From Candidatus Woesearchaeota archaeon (GTDB taxonomy: Archaea; Nanobdellota; Nanobdellia; Pacearchaeales; GW2011-AR1), in NCBI GenBank assembly GCA_964362915.1, contig CAYIGH010000001.1:24056-88055 (forward strand): a DNA stretch of 64,000 nucleotides. The letters run 5' to 3'. The position numbers and the translations under genes are program-made. Shown here one piece after another: positions 37,149-46,412 of this stretch (position 1 is the first letter of the stretch; the number at the start of each line of letters is the position of its first letter). The notes below the pieces were generated by a model. It did no database searches. It was not told where the DNA came from and was given only the letters and a program-made list of their open reading frames with translations.

Positions 37149-37508
37149 TCTGTGAATCGCCTGATCCTGCCAGAGCTTTCTATAAAAATAAAGATAGTAT
37201 GAAAGTTCTGAAGAGCTTTTTGCAAAGATTATTTTGTTATTTGTTATTATTTCATTTTTTATATAAAGTGGGAGCAATTCAAATATATGGATGTCGTATT
37301 TTGGATTTTTTGCCTGAATTGATAGTGTTTTTTGATAAATTTCTTTTGCTTTTTTTATATTTCCAGTAACAATGCATATATCAATGTCGCTCCTTTGTGT
37401 TGATTTTCCGTTTATATAAGAGCCATAAAGAAGAACTGCAAGAACTTTATTTTTAAATTTGCCAAAATCTGTTTTGATTTGCTCTATAATTTCAGATTGC
37501 ATTTTCAA
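37137..37508 (-). CDS. nucleotidyltransferase-domain protein (MntA-type antitoxin)
   Basis: LAVLLYGSYINGKSTQRSDIDICIV, the GS...DxD motif. Confidence 0.65.
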   Translation of the reverse strand: MKMQSEIIEQIKTDFGKFKNKVLAVLLYGSYINGKSTQRSDIDICIVTGNIKKAKEIYQKTLSIQAKNPKYDIHIFELLPLYIKNEIITNNKIIFAKSSSELSYYLYFYRKLWQDQAIHRLKL

Positions 37509-37884
37509 GTTTTTTTAATATTTTTTTAATTTGGGGAAGGAGGATTTGAATTGATTCTTTAGCTATTATATCGTCTGTTTTGTTGTATTTATGAATAATC
37601 CTGTTTCTTAAGCCATTTGCATCTTCAAGGATTTTTGCTTCATTATCTCCTATAATTTTAAGCTGCATTAATTTTTCAATATTTTTATAGTCATCCTCTA
37701 CTAATTTCTCCTTGTCTTTTAGAAGCATGGCGGCTATATCTGAAATTACTTCTACAATCTCTTGAAATGCTTTATATGATGCTAGCTTAGATTTTTCATC
37801 CTGAGAAGAAATCCATTCTTCTATTTCTATTATCCTCTTTTCTGCTAATTCAATTTTTTCCAGGTATCTTTTCTTTCTCTCCAT
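37492..37884 (-). CDS. HEPN-domain protein (HepT/DUF86-type toxin)
   Basis: R-x4-H motif GLRNRIIHKY. Overlaps the downstream MNT gene by 17 nt. Confidence 0.6.
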   Translation of the reverse strand: MERKKRYLEKIELAEKRIIEIEEWISSQDEKSKLASYKAFQEIVEVISDIAAMLLKDKEKLVEDDYKNIEKLMQLKIIGDNEAKILEDANGLRNRIIHKYNKTDDIIAKESIQILLPQIKKILKKLENAI

Positions 37885-37973
37885 CTTTTCTATATGCGGA
37901 GATTATATTTAAACTATTCTTTTTACAAAAATTAGAGGTTTGGAAAATAAGACTTGGCTCATGAAGAGGCAAT

Positions 37974-38768
37974 CTATCTTAACTCAGATTCAATAGCTTG
38001 TTGAAATGCAGAGAAAGGCTGGGCTCCGCTTATAAGCCTTCCATTGATAAAGAAAGCAGGTGTACCTTGAACCCCGTCACGCTGTCCTTCATCCATGTCT
38101 TTCTTAACAAGAGCTGCCATTTTTCCAGATTGAAGACAGGAATCAAATTGCTGAATATTTAACCCTATTTCATTAGCCCATTGTCTAAAACTTCCTATAC
38201 TTAAGGCTTGCTGATTTTCAAATATTTTATCATGCATTGCCCAATATCCGTCGTTTCCTTTTTGTTCCCCTGCACATCTTGCAGCCTCAGCAGCCTTTTG
38301 TGCATTAGGATGAAAACTTAAAGGAAAATCCTTATACACTAATTTTACTTTCCCGCTAGTGATATATTCACTCTCAATCTGAGGCAATGTTTCAGCATAA
38401 AATTTCCCGCAGAAAGGGCATTCATAGTCAGAATATTCAACCATAATTACAGGAGCATTTTCATTTCCTTTATAAGGCGCACCTTCAATATTTATTTTAG
38501 CCATGGCGGGCTCTGATGGGGGCTCTTGGATAGATGGATTAACTATATTCTCTTCTTGGATAACATTTCCTGTTATACTTCCGCCATTTCCAGAAAAGAA
38601 AACCCCATAGCTATTAATCAAAGTTAAAATAAATGTAGCAGAAACAAGAACAGTTAGCAATTTCATTCTGTCAAGATTTTTTAAATTATAAAAAAAATTG
38701 CTGTTTACTTTAACATTAGATGTGTCTGCTATAATTGATTCTTTAGCTTCTATTCTTTCTTCTTCCAT
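37974..38768 (-). CDS. DsbA-like thiol:disulfide oxidoreductase, membrane-anchored
   Basis: CPFC active site inside a thioredoxin-fold context (YSDYECPFCGKFY). N-terminal TM. Confidence 0.75.
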   Translation of the reverse strand: MEEERIEAKESIIADTSNVKVNSNFFYNLKNLDRMKLLTVLVSATFILTLINSYGVFFSGNGGSITGNVIQEENIVNPSIQEPPSEPAMAKINIEGAPYKGNENAPVIMVEYSDYECPFCGKFYAETLPQIESEYITSGKVKLVYKDFPLSFHPNAQKAAEAARCAGEQKGNDGYWAMHDKIFENQQALSIGSFRQWANEIGLNIQQFDSCLQSGKMAALVKKDMDEGQRDGVQGTPAFFINGRLISGAQPFSAFQQAIESELR

Positions 38769-38806
38769 TAAATTATACTAAAATGCCCCTTTTTATATTT
38801 TTTTGC

Positions 38807-41800
38807 TTAATATCCCATAAATATCTTTCTTCTCATATGTACTTTTAAATAAATAACCACAATGACAGCAACTACAATCAATGATAAACTAATCCATATT
38901 ATGCCACTAAGTGCTCCTCTGTTCTCAGAAGGTATTTTTTCCTGCTCTCCTGCTTCAGAGCCACTATCTACCCCTTTTTCTCCGCTTTCTATTGGTGGTT
39001 GACTTAATTCTCCCTCTGATTCAGATGTTGTTGCATTCTCTTTCTTTGGTTTTGAAACACTGGCCCCTCCAGAGCCCCCACCACTACTACTTCCTCCAGA
39101 ACTTCCTCCTGAAGAAGTGGATTCTCTATATGTGGAAAACTCGCAGAATGGAATCTGCCATATGCAATTTGTCGAATCAATTAAAGTTGCTTCAGATGTT
39201 CTATCAACACAATTTGCTCCATTATTATCACAATGAAACAATTGATTACATGTTCCGCTAAATGGTATCTTTACTCTGCAGACCTCTGGATATAAGTTAT
39301 TTATTATCTTGTCTCTTGTCTCAGAAGTTAATCCTGCGTATGTTGAAGTATTAATAATTGAACCTGCCGTGCTAATTGTCCTAACCTTATCATTCAATCC
39401 TGTTTTAGTCAATGAGGCATTAATAAATTCAAAGTAATTACTACCATCGGTATTATTGAGCTTAATATTAATACGTCTTCCTTCTGTATAGTTAGTTTTC
39501 CTGCCAGCATTAGCTCCACATACTTGTCCTTGTATATGCTCATAAACGTTATTTTGATCAATATCATATGATACTGTCCAGCCAGATGGTGCCTTAATCC
39601 TAGTCACAAAACTGCAGAAACCGCATTTATTATTTAGGGTAGCAGTGACGAATGAACTACATTTGCTAATAGCGCATTTATTTTTGTCATCACAAGCTTT
39701 TAGCTTATAATAATAAGTCGTCCCATTAACTAGATTATAGCGCAACGAACGAACTCCGCCGTCATTGTAAATATCTGCTTTATGCCATAACTTATAATCT
39801 CTTACATTGGTGCTAAGCACTCCAACATCATTAATTGTTGCATTTAATGTAATACATCTTGAATCATTTCCGTAAAACTCAAGGCTCCCATTTGCAGGCT
39901 TATTGGTATCATACATAATTAAAGCAGAGTCTGGATATTCTTCTATCTTAACGCCTACAACTTGCGGCGTTTTAGTATCAGTATAATTCGCGGCATTTAC
40001 ACCTGTGCTAGAGCATACAGATAGAAAATCACAATCCCAATCAAAGCAATCTATATTGCCGTCGTTATCATTGTCTATATTATCAAAGCAATCCTCATAT
40101 TGCACATATCCCTTCCTTAATATGTCCTCAAACTTTGCTGCGTCTGCTCCATAGTCAAAACAGCCTGCAATTTCAAAGTCAACAGCTCCAGGTGTAGTAT
40201 AACCAGGGCCAGCTGTATCAGTTGGAAATGTAACATTGCCAGTTCCAGGATTCCCAATTGTTGCAGCATATACTCTCATATCTTTTGTTGAATCATATAA
40301 TGTAGGGAATCTATTCAAGTCTGCCTTTTGTACAGCTATCATAGGCCCGCCAATTTCAGAACACATTAGCTTCTTCCATACATTTAATTTGATATCACTA
40401 GCTGCCCACTGGGAATTTTCGCATGTATAAGCATTAAATGTTTCTACTGCTTTTTCTTTAGTAGCATTCCATTCAGAGGCATATCTAAATCTAAATTCGT
40501 ACCCTTTAGCAGAAGAATTATGGTTTAATTCACATCCTCCGCTAGTTAAACCATCTGTATCCAAATAAACAAAGAATATTACTGTATCATTTCCGTTGCC
40601 AATTCTTTCAATTCCGTAACTCGTTAATTTTTCTTTGTTGCATAAAGAGGCATTAGTAAAGTCCAACATATTAGCTCCAAATCCAAATCCATCTCCCATA
40701 TCTTTCATTCCAATACCACAAATATCTACACTTCTTTGACTTATCCCTGCCTCAGGACAATTATCTACTGCTATTGGCACAGGAGCCCCTGTTTCTATAC
40801 TATTAAATGATTCAACTGTTCCAGCTGTATTGCACCATCCAGTAACCCATTTGCATCCACTTCCACATGCTCCCTGAGTTGTAGCATTAAAGCAGGTTGG
40901 CTCACATCCATAAGAAGTAGCATTACAATATAGATTTGCGTTACATAATGTGGCATTATTTACTAAAGTTGTATTGCTCCAGCATTGGTCCATGACATTA
41001 GTACAGTAATTTCCATTAGAATTCCACCAACATCCATTAGTAGCATTACATCCTACAGCCACAGATGTATAACTCCAGCATTCTTTGCTCCAATCAACTT
41101 CGCATCTTGGGTTAGATTCTGGGAACCATCCGCAACTGATATTTATAATAGTCTTATTCGTGCAGAATGTTTGATTACCATTATATTTCCAGCATTCAGC
41201 CCCGGATGCTCCTCCAACTCCACCTCCTCCCACAACGGAGCCTCCAGAAAATCCTCCTCCTTTAGGATCACACCATCCAGGATTATTCCACTTACATCCT
41301 GATATTGCTGCGCAATTTGTTTGGTTATTAGAACTTGTTGCATTATAGCAAGTATTTGATTGCTGTTCTTCACACCAGCCATTTTCTGCCTTCCATAAAC
41401 ATCCTGAAGTAGTTGTACAGCTAGTTGAAGAAGTTATATTAAAGCATGCTGGCTCACATGTTCCGCCTCCTCCTCCATAATCTCTCCAATTGCAGCTAAC
41501 TTGAGTAACACCATTACAACTAGCTTTAGTTGTTTGGCTCCAGCATCTGTCAAAATTATTTGCACACCATGCGCTGTTAATTCCTCCAAATGTTTCATTT
41601 CTCCACCAACACCCGTTATTTTCACAATTTGATTGAGCATTATAATTCCAACAACTAGTGCTCCAGTTTACTTCACAATGGGGTTGTGACCATGTATCAA
41701 CTCTCCAACTGCATCCAGCAGTAGTGCTACATGAGGAATTTTCATATTTCTGCCAACAACTCTTTGGCTTGAAATCATTATGGTCACACCATCCTCCATC

Positions 41801-44740
41801 TGTTTTACACCATTCAGTTCCTTTTCCAAATCCATCACACCATGTGTCATTTGTCCAGCCACAATCAGTAGTGCTATAACATTGACTTTGATTCAAATTA
41901 AAGCACTTTTCTCCTATACTCCAGTCTCTTTCACACCAACCGCTTCCTGTTCCATTGTTCCATTCACAATTAGAACTTTTATTAGCATAGAACCTAAAAC
42001 TAACATAATAAATATCATTTGAGCCTCCTCCGCCAACCATATATGTATTGTTAGTAAAGTTAATTGTTTGTCTCGTATAATCTGCTGTAAAGTTTCCACT
42101 GCCTAGAATAGTCCCGCTTTTATTTGTCATATTTACGCTTCCGCTTATCCATCCTGTTCCCAAATTACCTAACTGGAATGTCTTGCTTTGATTTATATTG
42201 TTTGCAGACAATCTTGCAGATGATATATTTAACGTTTCATTAATAACAGTAGTATCTCCTAAACATTCTACTTCAGAATTGTCATATCTCCAACAAGAAC
42301 TTCCTTTAAAATCACACCATCCTTTTGGATTCCATGTATCATTTACCCATTCACAACTATTAGTTTCACATTGAGATTTAGTTGTCCAGCCAAAACAATC
42401 TCCTTCTACAAATCCGCACCATGTATCTGAATAACAACTTGGATCGCCACAATCTACTAGTGCATTATTATTGTTGTCTATACCATCCCAGCATATTTCA
42501 ACGTCCTCTCCAATATTTTGCACACAGCTCCCATCATTATCAGTTCCCTGCCATTTACAGCTTCCAGTAGAATTCAACGCGCTTCTCCCTTCATTAGCAC
42601 ACTTATCTCTTGTCTTGCATCTGTCACATGCGTCAAGGCATGTTTTTTCTCCTTTATCTGCGCAATATCCACCTGTTAAGGTGCTATTCTCTATAATCCA
42701 TTTACATCCTCCACCATTTGAATTTGCTTTGCTCTCTGAACAGAAGCATGCTGGAGTCAAACAATTTCCTGCAGAACTTCTTGAGGCATTATTCTTAGAA
42801 TCTCCAAGAAATGTACAATCTCCACATACTGAATTACAATCACCAGCCAAACCTTTTTTCCATTGTTCTTTTGCTTTGCAATATCCTATTCTATTTGGAG
42901 CACTAGTATCTGCTTCAAATTCACAATATCCTAATTTGCTTCCTATACAAGCTGATTTAGCATTTGTTGCATTAACTAAATTACCGTTACCATCTTTTAT
43001 TTCGCATGCAAAGCAAGCTTTATCACAATTTTCTTCATCATCAAATTTGTATTCGCATCTCCCTGTAGGAACAGAAACACTTCCCTCACAATAATTCTCT
43101 ATAATCCACTTTCCTCCAGCAGCCTCACAATTCCTTTGATTTTCAATCTTTACAATATTCTGTGTACTATTCCCAAAAACATCAGTTACTTTGAATTCGC
43201 ATTTGTTTGTTGAATTATTCCATTTACAAGGCATGTACCAAGGGTCTCCTGCAATTTTCTCGCAATTTGAGCTTGTTTCTGCATCTTCACATGCCTTCTC
43301 GCCATTTGGAGTCTGATCCAATTGATCAAAACAGCTCCTTGACTGCCTGTTCTCCGCACAAGTTCCATTCTGCCAGCTGCAACAAGTGCTTAAAGAAGCG
43401 ACATTGTTGCATAAATCAGATTCATTTATTTGATAACAAAATATACCCTTTGCATTAATTGCAGTTCCATTCACCTCATTTGTATTTTTGCATAAACTGC
43501 TAGTATAATTACACCCTATTACGCTATTGCACTTTGTAGAATTTGTATCAAAAATGTAACATCCTGGATTCCATTCATTTAAAATGCTACCATTGATATT
43601 CACAAAATCGCCGCTTCCAAAAGTCGGAGTTGTGCAATTTCCTCCTTTAGTTGAATCCTTCCAATCATTCGCCTGCCACCAACAATAAAATGTATCATAA
43701 CATGCTTTTTCTGTGGTTACATTAGCACAGCTTGTAGAAGAAACCTCCTTATAGCACCATCCATTTGTCGTATTTCCAGTTGGATTACCACTCCATTTAC
43801 ATGTAATACCATAAGAGTTTTGCTCGCATTTAGACTGATTTCCTAGTTTAAAAGAGTCCCAATTCCAGCAATTAACCTCTTCGCATGATCCTGTAGTATT
43901 ATAAGATTGCCATAGACAGTTTTTTTTGTCCTTACAACTAGATTCTGTATTCATATCATAGCAAGAATCTGTAACGCACAAATTATTGATACTCTGCCAT
44001 TTACAAGATTCTCCTAGAGTATTATTTACGCAAGCTGTTTGATTAGTATAATCGAAACTCGAACAGCCTTTTTGTTGACAAGATCCCCATTTCCATTCAC
44101 AATTTATCCCTTGAGCAGATTCACATGCTGTTTTATTCGAATATAATGTACTATCCCAACAATTATTTTCTCTACAATAACTTCCAGAAGCACCCCATGT
44201 ACAATTAATTCCTCTCCAATCTAGCCCTGAGTTACAAGCTGATTGTGACGTATAAATATTACAGCCTTTTTCAATACATTGTCCCCATCCGCATCCTGTT
44301 GTATTCTTGCATGCTGCTTCAGTAGCAATACCCCAACACCCTACATTCAGGCCACCTGTAACTTGATAGCATTGCCCGCTCCAACTACACGATTTGTTAA
44401 AGTAATTATTCTCACATTGAGTTTGATTAGTAGCTGAGAAAGCCCAACAACTTGCAGTTGTACACCAAGAACTAGCTGTTCCATTTGTCCATGTACAATT
44501 TTTCCCTGCAATGGTTGTTGTCGTACATGAAGACTGATTAGCCAAACTCCAGCAATTTAATTCTTCACACCAGCTTCCCCAAGTATCATTTCTCCACAAA
44601 CATCCATTTGAAAGCGTGCAAGTGGATGAAGAAGTATAAGTCCAGCAACTTGCAGCGATAACAAAACTCAAAGATAAAATTATACCAACTGTTATAAAAG
44701 ATAGGATTGTAAAAAATCTAGACTCTTTTAACACCATCAA
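38807..44740 (-). CDS. giant (1977 aa) Cys/Trp-rich extracellular protein with N-terminal signal/TM and C-terminal TM anchor
   Basis: Recurring C-x-W / NCW / CxWxxxxW motifs and very dense NxS/T sequons. Gly/Ser linker near the C-terminus followed by TM IIWISLSLIVVAVIVVIYL and a basic tail. Confidence 0.65.
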   Translation of the reverse strand: MMVLKESRFFTILSFITVGIILSLSFVIAASCWTYTSSSTCTLSNGCLWRNDTWGSWCEELNCWSLANQSSCTTTTIAGKNCTWTNGTASSWCTTASCWAFSATNQTQCENNYFNKSCSWSGQCYQVTGGLNVGCWGIATEAACKNTTGCGWGQCIEKGCNIYTSQSACNSGLDWRGINCTWGASGSYCRENNCWDSTLYSNKTACESAQGINCEWKWGSCQQKGCSSFDYTNQTACVNNTLGESCKWQSINNLCVTDSCYDMNTESSCKDKKNCLWQSYNTTGSCEEVNCWNWDSFKLGNQSKCEQNSYGITCKWSGNPTGNTTNGWCYKEVSSTSCANVTTEKACYDTFYCWWQANDWKDSTKGGNCTTPTFGSGDFVNINGSILNEWNPGCYIFDTNSTKCNSVIGCNYTSSLCKNTNEVNGTAINAKGIFCYQINESDLCNNVASLSTCCSWQNGTCAENRQSRSCFDQLDQTPNGEKACEDAETSSNCEKIAGDPWYMPCKWNNSTNKCEFKVTDVFGNSTQNIVKIENQRNCEAAGGKWIIENYCEGSVSVPTGRCEYKFDDEENCDKACFACEIKDGNGNLVNATNAKSACIGSKLGYCEFEADTSAPNRIGYCKAKEQWKKGLAGDCNSVCGDCTFLGDSKNNASRSSAGNCLTPACFCSESKANSNGGGCKWIIENSTLTGGYCADKGEKTCLDACDRCKTRDKCANEGRSALNSTGSCKWQGTDNDGSCVQNIGEDVEICWDGIDNNNNALVDCGDPSCYSDTWCGFVEGDCFGWTTKSQCETNSCEWVNDTWNPKGWCDFKGSSCWRYDNSEVECLGDTTVINETLNISSARLSANNINQSKTFQLGNLGTGWISGSVNMTNKSGTILGSGNFTADYTRQTINFTNNTYMVGGGGSNDIYYVSFRFYANKSSNCEWNNGTGSGWCERDWSIGEKCFNLNQSQCYSTTDCGWTNDTWCDGFGKGTEWCKTDGGWCDHNDFKPKSCWQKYENSSCSTTAGCSWRVDTWSQPHCEVNWSTSCWNYNAQSNCENNGCWWRNETFGGINSAWCANNFDRCWSQTTKASCNGVTQVSCNWRDYGGGGGTCEPACFNITSSTSCTTTSGCLWKAENGWCEEQQSNTCYNATSSNNQTNCAAISGCKWNNPGWCDPKGGGFSGGSVVGGGGVGGASGAECWKYNGNQTFCTNKTIINISCGWFPESNPRCEVDWSKECWSYTSVAVGCNATNGCWWNSNGNYCTNVMDQCWSNTTLVNNATLCNANLYCNATSYGCEPTCFNATTQGACGSGCKWVTGWCNTAGTVESFNSIETGAPVPIAVDNCPEAGISQRSVDICGIGMKDMGDGFGFGANMLDFTNASLCNKEKLTSYGIERIGNGNDTVIFFVYLDTDGLTSGGCELNHNSSAKGYEFRFRYASEWNATKEKAVETFNAYTCENSQWAASDIKLNVWKKLMCSEIGGPMIAVQKADLNRFPTLYDSTKDMRVYAATIGNPGTGNVTFPTDTAGPGYTTPGAVDFEIAGCFDYGADAAKFEDILRKGYVQYEDCFDNIDNDNDGNIDCFDWDCDFLSVCSSTGVNAANYTDTKTPQVVGVKIEEYPDSALIMYDTNKPANGSLEFYGNDSRCITLNATINDVGVLSTNVRDYKLWHKADIYNDGGVRSLRYNLVNGTTYYYKLKACDDKNKCAISKCSSFVTATLNNKCGFCSFVTRIKAPSGWTVSYDIDQNNVYEHIQGQVCGANAGRKTNYTEGRRINIKLNNTDGSNYFEFINASLTKTGLNDKVRTISTAGSIINTSTYAGLTSETRDKIINNLYPEVCRVKIPFSGTCNQLFHCDNNGANCVDRTSEATLIDSTNCIWQIPFCEFSTYRESTSSGGSSGGSSSGGGSGGASVSKPKKENATTSESEGELSQPPIESGEKGVDSGSEAGEQEKIPSENRGALSGIIWISLSLIVVAVIVVIYLKVHMRRKIFMGY

Positions 44741-44939
44741 TTACCCTCTTTTTCCTAATGTTTAATCGATTTGTTAATATATAAATCTATTTGTTCTTTT
44801 GGCTTTGAGATTAATTATGCTCTGTATATGAATTGAAAACTTTAATGATGTTGTCTATATCTTTGATAGTCTACTTCGAAGATAGAAATATTCTTAATCC
44901 TTTGGGATGATAATTCAAAAGGTTTAAAACCTTTATTTC

Positions 44940-45332
44940 TTGAGAAAGCATATGAATGAGGAAATGGTCTTAAAGGCTGCTGAAATTGAAAACCGAGCTA
45001 GGCAGTTAGAAGAGAGTTTGCAGATAATTGATAATCAAATATCAGAGCTTGATAGTTTTATAGATGGCTTGGATAACTTTGCTAAATCAAAAGAAAATGA
45101 AATGTTATCTGGTTTTGGGAGGCGGGTTTATGTTAAAACCAAAATAGAGGATAAGGAAAATCTGTTTGTTGAAGTTGGAGCAGGGATTATTGTAAAAAAA
45201 ACGCCGCAAGATACATTGGAGATTGCTAAAGACCAGATTGCTAGATTGCAAGAGGCGAGAATACAAATTTTATCTAAGCTTGAAGAATATCATGCGCAAT
45301 TGCAAGAGTTTCTTGAGGTTATGAAAAACTGA
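44940..45332 (+). CDS. pfdA: prefoldin alpha subunit
   Basis: 130-aa coiled-coil protein with two beta-hairpin segments (GRRVYVKTKI...LFVEVGAGIIVKKT). Confidence 0.55.
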   Translation: MRKHMNEEMVLKAAEIENRARQLEESLQIIDNQISELDSFIDGLDNFAKSKENEMLSGFGRRVYVKTKIEDKENLFVEVGAGIIVKKTPQDTLEIAKDQIARLQEARIQILSKLEEYHAQLQEFLEVMKN

Positions 45333-45382
45333 TAGCAAAACTATTTAAGGAATATAATCCAGCTTAGTTAAGTTAGAGGAGA

Positions 45383-46246
45383 GTGAATATGCTTGAGATG
45401 CTTATTAATCCGCGCAAGGCTGAAAGAAAATCATGGGAGTTATTTTTTGTAGGGGCTTTTTATGCTAGTTTGTCTATATTACTAGTAAACTGGATTTTCT
45501 CACAGGATGCTGTTCTCTCTAGATATTCTGGAATATTGGTTGTTACATTTACTGTCATGCTGTCTATTCCATTTGTTTATTACACTATAAGACTGGAAGA
45601 AGGCAAGGTATCTGCATCCAGTGGGACAATTGCACTTTTGAAAGAGCATAAAAAGGCAATATACGCATTTCTATGGCTTTTTATAGGATTTGTTATAGCT
45701 CTTTCTTTTTGGTATATGATTCTATCTTCGAATGAAAGTTTTCGAGCTCAAATTGAGACTTATTGTTTAATTAATAGGCCTGCTAATTTTGAGGCATGTG
45801 TTAATCAATATTCTATTACAGAAACCTCTGGAGCGACCATCTTTTTGTCTAATACAGAAAGATTATTTTTAATATTTACTAATAATATTTATGTTTTAAT
45901 ATTCACTTTAATATTCTCATTGATATTTGGCGCAGGAGTAATCTTTGTTTTGGCCTGGAATGCGAGCGTTATTGCTGCGGCCATAGGCATATTTACTAAA
46001 TCTGAATTGAGTGCTCTTCCTATAGCACTAGTCAGATATCTGATTCATGGGATTCCTGAAATCGCCTCTTATTTTATAGTTGCTTTAGCAGGAGGCATGA
46101 TTTCTATTGCTGTGATAAAGCATGAAACAGGAACCGACAAATTCTGGGACGTATTGCAGGACTCTCTTAATTTGATTATTATTGCCATAATTGTTTTATT
46201 TATCGCTGCCTTGGTGGAAGTTTTTGTTACTCCCTTATTGTTTTAA
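45383..46246 (+). CDS. SpoIIM/DUF95 family membrane protein
   Basis: 287 aa. TM pattern and LIFTNNIYVLIFT...FGAGVIFVLAWNASVIAAAIG are typical of DUF95. Confidence 0.5.
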   Translation: MNMLEMLINPRKAERKSWELFFVGAFYASLSILLVNWIFSQDAVLSRYSGILVVTFTVMLSIPFVYYTIRLEEGKVSASSGTIALLKEHKKAIYAFLWLFIGFVIALSFWYMILSSNESFRAQIETYCLINRPANFEACVNQYSITETSGATIFLSNTERLFLIFTNNIYVLIFTLIFSLIFGAGVIFVLAWNASVIAAAIGIFTKSELSALPIALVRYLIHGIPEIASYFIVALAGGMISIAVIKHETGTDKFWDVLQDSLNLIIIAIIVLFIAALVEVFVTPLLF

Positions 46247-46412
46247 ATATATGTTTATTTTAAAGTGTTGGAACTAGGAGATATTTTTTAACAGACGTCT
46301 CTGGCTTAGTTAATGGACGTCCTAAAAACAAAGAGGTCATGGTGTATTATATTCCTTTATATAGATAAGAAAATCTAGTTGTAGAGCTTTGAAAAGATAA
46401 ACATTTATAAAA

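Noticed and set aside
38911-43458. Multiple ORFs (up to 207 aa) on both strands inside the 1977-aa gene
   Set aside because: They are internal to, or antisense of, a single uninterrupted 5.9-kb ORF. Their composition is skewed by the Cys/Trp/Asn codon repeats.
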